From a virus (lineage: Duplodnaviria > Caudoviricetes): a stretch of DNA of 60,512 nucleotides. Shown piece after piece: positions 54,779 to 60,512 of the stretch (position 1 is its first letter; each line of letters begins with the position of its first letter). The position numbers and the translations under genes were made by a program. The stretch lies in IMG/VR virus record IMGVR_UViG_3300010354_006477, positions 1 to 60,512 of that record, one strand, 5' to 3'. The notes below the pieces were generated by a model, which worked only from the letters and a program-made list of their open reading frames with translations, ran no database searches and had not been told where the DNA came from.

Positions 54779-55128
54779 GGACGATTGGGTTCTTCGACTG
54801 TTTCTTCCGGACCAGCCTTGACAAGTTCCTTAATAAATTCCAAATGCTTATATGCTTCATCTAGGCTTGGATATTTACTACGCAAAGCCTGCATTTCTAG
54901 TTCTTCACGCTTCTTTTGTTGTATCCAGTTATACATTTCCCATACATCTGGGCCGCTGGAATTCATTTCAACAGTGTTATCAATAGCCATCCAACTACCG
55001 CCACAACTAACTTCAAAGCGTTTTGTTGTACCATTCCATTGAACAGCACCTGTGACGCCAGGCAGATTGTAACTGCGATCAACTTGATACATTCCGGGCA
55101 TATTGCCTGTAAATTGAATCTTAATCAT
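54775..55128 (-). CDS. Hypothetical phage protein
   Basis: 117 aa, coupled to both neighbours. Confidence 0.65.
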   Translation of the reverse strand: MIKIQFTGNMPGMYQVDRSYNLPGVTGAVQWNGTTKRFEVSCGGSWMAIDNTVEMNSSGPDVWEMYNWIQQKKREELEMQALRSKYPSLDEAYKHLEFIKELVKAGPEETVEEPNRP

Positions 55129-56224
55129 TTAATACCTTCAATAAGTTACGAGCACTGAAAAAGTTTTTAGTTAGTGCTGCTGTTTGTTGACGAAGCAAGG
55201 ACAGCTTCGAATCGTAATGATCCATGTGTTGCATAATCACTCTGCATAGATCGGGTCGATAGACTGTGTAGGCATCAAAACTTTCGGTCCACTTGCTAGG
55301 ATATTTGAAAGTATCGAAATACATTTCTGTATAACTTAGTCGGTCTGGCACTAATGGAATAGCATCAACAATAGCACCTTCATAACAACTGATGCCTAGT
55401 GTTTCTTGTAAGTTGGCACTGAATACCATTTTCGCTTCACCTAGCAAGTTATGATATTCGTTCTTAGTTAACTGTTGATCTTGACAAACAACAAACTCAT
55501 ATTGTGGCAAATGATTCTTAAGATCCCTGAAGATATCAACTTGCTTTTCGGGTGCGATACGATGCGGAAACAGAATAAGATCACGCTTCTTCATGTTCTT
55601 ATATGGAGTCAATGTCTCATCCATATATTCCATGGGCCAGCCAGTGCGAACGATATTAGTACATTCGCCCCTTAATGCTTCCGAAACATGATCCTGTAGC
55701 CAAGGATTTTCTACCATTCCATCATTAAGTAATTTTTTAATAAACAGCTCAATATGAAAGTCAGTGGCAAAATAGTTATAGTCGAAACCACTAAAGAAAC
55801 TTTTCTCAGCATAGCGAACCCAAGGCTTGTCTCCTACAAGGCGACCTAAAAAGTCATGTGGATCATAACTACCGGCATGCCATAGGCCATGAGTAACTAC
55901 TGGAATGTTCAGTAGCTCGCTCATATACTTTAGGTTTATGATACCAGGATGCCATGCATCAGTGAAAAGAAAATGATCGCCTGGCTGTACTGATCCGGAG
56001 CAAAATAAGCGACCCATTTGCTCAACCTGTGCTGATTTGTATATATTAGTGCCGCCAAAATTAAGAAAGGCACCAGGAGTAGTGGCACTAGGAATATCCT
56101 CAGGACCACTGAGGACTTGAACTTGATGTCCTGCTTGTCTAAAAAGTTCGGGTACATGTTTCTTCCATTGTGCTGTGTAGCGTGTTTCTACCGCTTCTAA
56201 ATCAACTATGAATAGTTTAGTCAT
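55121..56224 (-). CDS. GT-B (family 4-like) glycosyltransferase
   Basis: FPHRIAPEKQ and QETLGISCYEG (Ex7E), P.RLSY.E. Confidence 0.85.
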   Translation of the reverse strand: MTKLFIVDLEAVETRYTAQWKKHVPELFRQAGHQVQVLSGPEDIPSATTPGAFLNFGGTNIYKSAQVEQMGRLFCSGSVQPGDHFLFTDAWHPGIINLKYMSELLNIPVVTHGLWHAGSYDPHDFLGRLVGDKPWVRYAEKSFFSGFDYNYFATDFHIELFIKKLLNDGMVENPWLQDHVSEALRGECTNIVRTGWPMEYMDETLTPYKNMKKRDLILFPHRIAPEKQVDIFRDLKNHLPQYEFVVCQDQQLTKNEYHNLLGEAKMVFSANLQETLGISCYEGAIVDAIPLVPDRLSYTEMYFDTFKYPSKWTESFDAYTVYRPDLCRVIMQHMDHYDSKLSLLRQQTAALTKNFFSARNLLKVLND

Positions 56225-56741
56225 CGATAGTTGTATCCTGTGTGTATTGATCCCAATAGGTAAACTTATCCTTGCTCATGAGTTCGTGTAAGTGATGAGT
56301 CCATACGCCGGGATTACTATGCCCCCAAGTTATATCATCTAACTTAAGAGTGGCGTTATAGTTAAGTTGTTTGATGTAAGGCAGTTTGACACTGATCATC
56401 GGAACAAAACGATCATGCTCACACCAGCCCGCCTCGAGTACACCTTCGATGTGTTCGACACCAAAGTCCAGTGTAACCCAATAGTTGGCTTCTAGACAGC
56501 CCCAAATAACTGCGTCCCATGGCTTGTATTCTTCTTGCGAGATAGATTTAGGTTTAAAACTTTGGCTGGTACCAAAGTAGATTTGTTTGATGTCAGGATC
56601 TCGTTCAGCTTGTTCTAGAATTTCTTCCAGAGGCGGAGTGCCTACAACAAACAAAGTTTTCATACCATAACAAATAGTATGTTCTACTTCGTAGCCAGTA
56701 AAATAAACTACATCTTGTCGTTCTTCAGTATTTAGAGCCAT
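56217..56741 (-). CDS. Hypothetical protein in the deazaguanine cluster
   Basis: FTGYEVEHT, KTLFVVG, IYFG, KLDD...NPGVW. Confidence 0.7.
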   Translation of the reverse strand: MALNTEERQDVVYFTGYEVEHTICYGMKTLFVVGTPPLEEILEQAERDPDIKQIYFGTSQSFKPKSISQEEYKPWDAVIWGCLEANYWVTLDFGVEHIEGVLEAGWCEHDRFVPMISVKLPYIKQLNYNATLKLDDITWGHSNPGVWTHHLHELMSKDKFTYWDQYTQDTTIDD

Positions 56742-57625
56742 TTGATATATCCTCTGCTATAGCCATTGGGTCGATTAACACCGTCGGCAAACGCCTGCTG
56801 CCATTCGGTATCTCTATTATAGCCCTTAGTCCAAAAGCTGTCAACATTTAAGTCGCCATTGGTGATCCAATATTCAGCATCCTTCATACATTGGTAAAAC
56901 TTATCTGTTCTGGGACTGGGAAATACCATAGTACAGGCTTTCCAAAGCAGACTGCTAAAGTCTGTATTAACCATTTTTTGAGCACCAAACACAACCAAAC
57001 CTTCGTTGTGCATAATATCCTTTTCAAAGACATCCATGCGGCTGCTCAAATCAATAACTACATCAAACTTGCCACCGTAGTATTGACTGAGTTTGTTGTC
57101 CCACAGTTCGCGATTGCTATTACCAACAACTGTAATTTCAAAATCTAAATGATTAAGCAGAATAGTATTGTAAGCTACCCAAGCAAGAAATCCGCTACCA
57201 AGGATTAGTAATCTGCGACCTGGACCACTACGCTCGGCAATCTCACGCATGGGCTGTTGAACAACATTGATGCCACAGGCTACTGGTTCTAGGATATAGC
57301 GAGGATGTGCCGCAGGCACTACAACAAATTCATTTTCACGAACATTGTAGATGTCTGCGTAAGCAGGTTCGCCGCGTGTGGCCACATAGTCACCAAAGTT
57401 AACGCCTTTGATGTCAGCACCAATACCAATGACTTGACCGAGGCCTTCATGTCCCTGCATGTGTAAGGGCAATGGACCAAAGTCGCCATTCATCATGTCG
57501 ATGTCACTGCGACATACTCCGGTCATTACACTACGCACTGAAATTTGATTAGGTTCCAGTGGTGGAACTTCATAATTGTCTTCGTAAAATTTGCCGTTAC
57601 CAGATGTGACTAATACTCTATTCAT
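56732..57625 (-). CDS. Zn-dependent medium-chain (sugar/alcohol) dehydrogenase
   Basis: GVCRSD, GHEGLG, EPVAC, GSGFLA. ATG at 57625 is ATGA-coupled. Confidence 0.85.
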   Translation of the reverse strand: MNRVLVTSGNGKFYEDNYEVPPLEPNQISVRSVMTGVCRSDIDMMNGDFGPLPLHMQGHEGLGQVIGIGADIKGVNFGDYVATRGEPAYADIYNVRENEFVVVPAAHPRYILEPVACGINVVQQPMREIAERSGPGRRLLILGSGFLAWVAYNTILLNHLDFEITVVGNSNRELWDNKLSQYYGGKFDVVIDLSSRMDVFEKDIMHNEGLVVFGAQKMVNTDFSSLLWKACTMVFPSPRTDKFYQCMKDAEYWITNGDLNVDSFWTKGYNRDTEWQQAFADGVNRPNGYSRGYIKWL

Positions 57626-58509
57626 AGATGTTCGATTTGCTTGTGTATCCAAATGTCTTGTTCTAGTTGTTCTTGCCAGAACTGATCATTATTTAGGTTT
57701 GCTACAGCTTTTTCTATCATTGATTGATAGGCTTCTTTGGGGCATAGACCCAGTTCAAATCTAATAGCACCATTTGGCATATCAAAACTAATGCTACTGT
57801 CGTCGGCTTTGTCGTCCTTCCAGTTAGCGGTTAGTAGCCAAGCGGTATTACCGTTTTTATATTCGAGCTCACAGAAGTCATCGACATCGTGAGTGCCATT
57901 ATGATTAACGCTGCCGTAATCAGTATCAGTAATATTCTGTAGTTCATGACGCTGTTGAGCTTGAGCAAACAGTCTAACACCAGTTTGATAGTTTGTCAAG
58001 GCACAATAATAACTTAACATGTGGGGAATAAGATCTCTGCTTACACCACCAAATGCTCGCTGTCTTGTAGTGAACCAACTGCCTGGGTGGGGAATACGGT
58101 TCTTATTGTTCCAACGAACAGTTACTTTTGTGCTTTGATCAGCTAATCGTTTGAACTCATCAATCTCTTTGCGATGTTGATTGTTCTTGATCATCATAAT
58201 CCTAGTATTAGGAAATGATTTAATCAAGTTACGCCAAGCAGTACTGTCAATGAAACCGGGCTTTTCAATTAACAGAAGATCAGTATGTTCGACTGTATTG
58301 TAAGCGATTAGTTCATGCGTGTGGTTTGGTGTACCAATATAGATGATGTCAAATTTTTTGTTTTTGTTAACGGCATCATCTATAGATTTGTAATCGGCAT
58401 TTTTGCCGGGGTCAATGTCACAAGTAAAGACTTGATAACCTAATTCGGCTAGCCATTCCTTGTATTGTTGACCCATGCCCAAGCCAATAACTAATGCTGT
58501 CTTAGGCAT
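57622..58509 (-). CDS. Gfo/Idh/MocA-family oxidoreductase
   Basis: IGLGMG, IGTPNHTH, IEKP, GGVSRDLIPH. Confidence 0.88.
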   Translation of the reverse strand: MPKTALVIGLGMGQQYKEWLAELGYQVFTCDIDPGKNADYKSIDDAVNKNKKFDIIYIGTPNHTHELIAYNTVEHTDLLLIEKPGFIDSTAWRNLIKSFPNTRIMMIKNNQHRKEIDEFKRLADQSTKVTVRWNNKNRIPHPGSWFTTRQRAFGGVSRDLIPHMLSYYCALTNYQTGVRLFAQAQQRHELQNITDTDYGSVNHNGTHDVDDFCELEYKNGNTAWLLTANWKDDKADDSSISFDMPNGAIRFELGLCPKEAYQSMIEKAVANLNNDQFWQEQLEQDIWIHKQIEHL

Positions 58510-60049
58510 TTCCAGCAGCCCTTAACAGTTCTTCTGCGTGATCTTCGTCCCAGGACTCAGCAGCATCAGCATCATTGTCGTCGCCCTTGTCATCACTGGC
58601 AAACAAAGCACCAAACGCTTCGGCACTGCTCTTAAGAGTTTTCTTGCCGTTAAGTTCAGCCAACAAGTGTTGAGCATTGTCCAGTTCTGTATACGGAGTT
58701 TCACTAGTAAACACACGATTGATTAGTTCAACTGCGTAGATAACATTGCGTGGTACCCAGTTACTGATTTCAGCACTGGCACTCTTGTTCTTAGTCCACA
58801 ACTTAGGATCAGGTTGATGTAGAGCACAAGCAGCGTCAGTCAAAGCATTAGCTCGCTGTACCGACTCGATATGCTGATAAACATTATGTGCCATCATCAT
58901 AAAGTAGCTGAAGCTATCCCAGCTGGTGCGACTTTCCTTACCTAGCTTGTTTAGATCGCCGGGTTTATAATAGCAGACATCGCCCATAGTCATACGCTCG
59001 CCAATCGGACTCGACCACGGCCAAGCAATAGTGCTACCTGCCATTCGACGGTCATCAATTGCCTTGTCCATGATATAACTAAATCGCTTATTGGTATGAA
59101 CATGCTGAGTATACACTTGGCCATATGCTGTAGCCAAGAACGGACTAGCACAGTCAAATGTAATCTTCATGTTAGGATTGATATGTTGCTTAATGTTGCG
59201 TTGAACAGCAGTTAAGATACAGGCCAACTCTAACTTACTTGTACCCAGGAAGTGAATAACATCGCGACCTGGCTCCAATAGTTTTTCATCACGAAGCTTA
59301 ATTAATCGGCGTAGCATGAGGTCAATGTCCTTCATGTTATTACCGCCCATAGCCCAGCCTTCGAAGGGATAGTGCTTGACTGCTTCGTACCAAATCTCGG
59401 CGTCTACATTGTTACCACCTTGTAGAACATTCAGGAACTTAGTTTGACCCTTGCGATGCTTTAGGAAGAACTCATTGTTAAACAATGTGCCATCTAAGCA
59501 GTCTTTGAAACTTTTTAGTCCTGTGCGTTCCTGATTAATAGGAGCGGCCGCCCAAGTAGGAATATCCAGTACCATACTGTAATCAGCAGTATGTTCTAGC
59601 CAGTTAAGGATAGCCATGCGGGTTTTGTCAGCAGTACCAACATAACCAGCATCACCTTGTTTTTCCCAGAAGCGTTGCCAGTCAAAGTTAATAACACCTT
59701 TACCAATCTGGAATCCGCCAGAATCGCCTAGGATAAAGTTATTGGCTTTATCACGCTTTTGGATCATGCTTTCTTCAACATCGCTTTTAGCAATATCAAG
59801 TTGAGCATGACCCGCTGAGTATAGTGCGTCTGGATAGTAGAAGTAGGCCTCTTCCTTGTTAAGGAAGTTAAAACCTTCGATGCCGTTTTCGAATTCCTTA
59901 GGAACTCGAGCAGCAGGAACATCAACACCTGGATTGTTGCGTTCCTTGCTGATGAAGGTTTGATAGAAGCCGCTGATACTGGGAAGAAAGACTGCGTAGT
60001 CTTTGTTCCTAGCTTGTAAATCGACTCTAGTCTTTTTACCTAGCGACAT
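58502..60049 (-). CDS. dpdA: TGT-fold transglycosylase, DpdA-like
   Basis: LGDSGGFQ, MVLDIP, LNVLQG, WAMGG, HFLG, TFDCAS, HN. No CxCxxC zinc motif. Clustered with folE and queE. ATG at 60049. Confidence 0.8.
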   Translation of the reverse strand: MSLGKKTRVDLQARNKDYAVFLPSISGFYQTFISKERNNPGVDVPAARVPKEFENGIEGFNFLNKEEAYFYYPDALYSAGHAQLDIAKSDVEESMIQKRDKANNFILGDSGGFQIGKGVINFDWQRFWEKQGDAGYVGTADKTRMAILNWLEHTADYSMVLDIPTWAAAPINQERTGLKSFKDCLDGTLFNNEFFLKHRKGQTKFLNVLQGGNNVDAEIWYEAVKHYPFEGWAMGGNNMKDIDLMLRRLIKLRDEKLLEPGRDVIHFLGTSKLELACILTAVQRNIKQHINPNMKITFDCASPFLATAYGQVYTQHVHTNKRFSYIMDKAIDDRRMAGSTIAWPWSSPIGERMTMGDVCYYKPGDLNKLGKESRTSWDSFSYFMMMAHNVYQHIESVQRANALTDAACALHQPDPKLWTKNKSASAEISNWVPRNVIYAVELINRVFTSETPYTELDNAQHLLAELNGKKTLKSSAEAFGALFASDDKGDDNDADAAESWDEDHAEELLRAAGNA

Positions 60050-60392
60050 AGCCACTGCCTGTGTATTTTGTGCTGGCATACAGTTCAGGCCAGGGGCTCT
60101 TATAAAGACCCACATGGATCTTTAGTTTCTTTGGAGTACGATCACGAGTGATCTGTATCGTAACATCATAAGTGTAGCTTTGTTCCTTAAGAACAATCTC
60201 ACTGATTTCATAATCGTGGATCCATTGGTTTCCACGAAGGTCGCTGAGATATGCCTGATACATATCTGCGGGCAAATGACCTAGCCCTTCCTGTAGAATA
60301 CCGTCGTACAGCTCGGAGATCTTTAACAGATCATACTTAATGTCGTTAATGTTAATCATCGCACGACTAACACTATTGTGATATTGATTCAT
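60036..60392 (-). CDS. Hypothetical protein
   Basis: The start is probably ATG 60392, just after the upstream stop. Confidence 0.55.
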   Translation of the reverse strand: MNQYHNSVSRAMININDIKYDLLKISELYDGILQEGLGHLPADMYQAYLSDLRGNQWIHDYEISEIVLKEQSYTYDVTIQITRDRTPKKLKIHVGLYKSPWPELYASTKYTGSGYVAR

Positions 60393-60402
60393 AGTTCTCA
60401 CT

Positions 60403-60510
60403 TTATTGTTTCTCAAATTGAATGTGGCATCCATTTTCACCGTCCTCACTTACATCAATCCAGACATCGCGTCCGGGATATTTTGCCGAAATCTGTGCAT
60501 ACAGATCTTC
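60403..60510 (-). CDS. 3' end of a QueD-like T-fold protein (QueD or DpdL-like), truncated by the window edge
   Basis: EDLYAQISAKYPGRDVWIDVSEDGENGCHIQFEKQ*. The VSE terminal strand is typical of PTPS/QueD-like proteins, and the context fits. Confidence 0.6.
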   Translation of the reverse strand, partial: EDLYAQISAKYPGRDVWIDVSEDGENGCHIQFEKQ

Positions 60511-60512
60511 TG

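Noticed and set aside
58502-60049. Canonical tRNA-guanine transglycosylase (tgt)
   Set aside because: It lacks the CxCxxC zinc site, is longer and divergent, and sits in a phage folE/queE context that fits DpdA-like better.
1-60512. Stop-codon reassignment or selenocysteine readthrough
   Set aside because: Code 11 gives near-complete coding density and intact conserved proteins, and all three stop codons end genes.
1-60512. tRNA, rRNA, introns, inteins, transposases or integrases
   Set aside because: Intergenic gaps are short and explained by promoters or hairpins. thyX, rnh and folE are uninterrupted. No covariance search was run.

Overview
Gene-dense, AT-rich fragment of a large dsDNA bacteriophage genome, most likely a T4-like or jumbo myovirus. 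Support: thyX, a T4 rnh-like nuclease, a MoxR/VWA pair, sigma70-type early promoters, TATAAATA late-type boxes, a cUUCGg hairpin and many small ORFans. The standard genetic code fits. The window has three parts. (1) About 1-35.5 kb, mostly + strand and tightly coupled: a very large tailoring-enzyme cluster with 11 radical SAM proteins of three architectures, 8 SGNH-like proteins, 3 paralogous DxD glycosyltransferase-like domains (one behind 11 Trp/Tyr-rich ~65-aa repeats), a carbamoyltransferase, a nucleotidyltransferase-kinase fusion, cupin, SnoaL-like, AroE-like and GatZ/KbaZ-like proteins, two 2OG-Fe(II) oxygenases, a nitroreductase and an SDR. (2) About 35.5-48 kb, - strand: thyX, MoxR AAA+ with a VWA-metallopeptidase, psiE, an rnh-like nuclease, and small early genes each behind a repeated TTGACACAAA-type promoter. 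(3) About 48-60.5 kb, - strand: a 7-deazaguanine DNA-modification set (QueD/DpdL-like fragment, DpdA/TGT-like, folE, queE; no queC seen) interleaved with a glycosyltransferase, a UDP-glucose dehydrogenase, a cytidylyltransferase and two oxidoreductases. The best candidates for an undescribed system are the radical SAM/SGNH/GT cluster and the possibly sugar-extended deazaguanine pathway. All calls come from reading motifs by eye; no database search was run.
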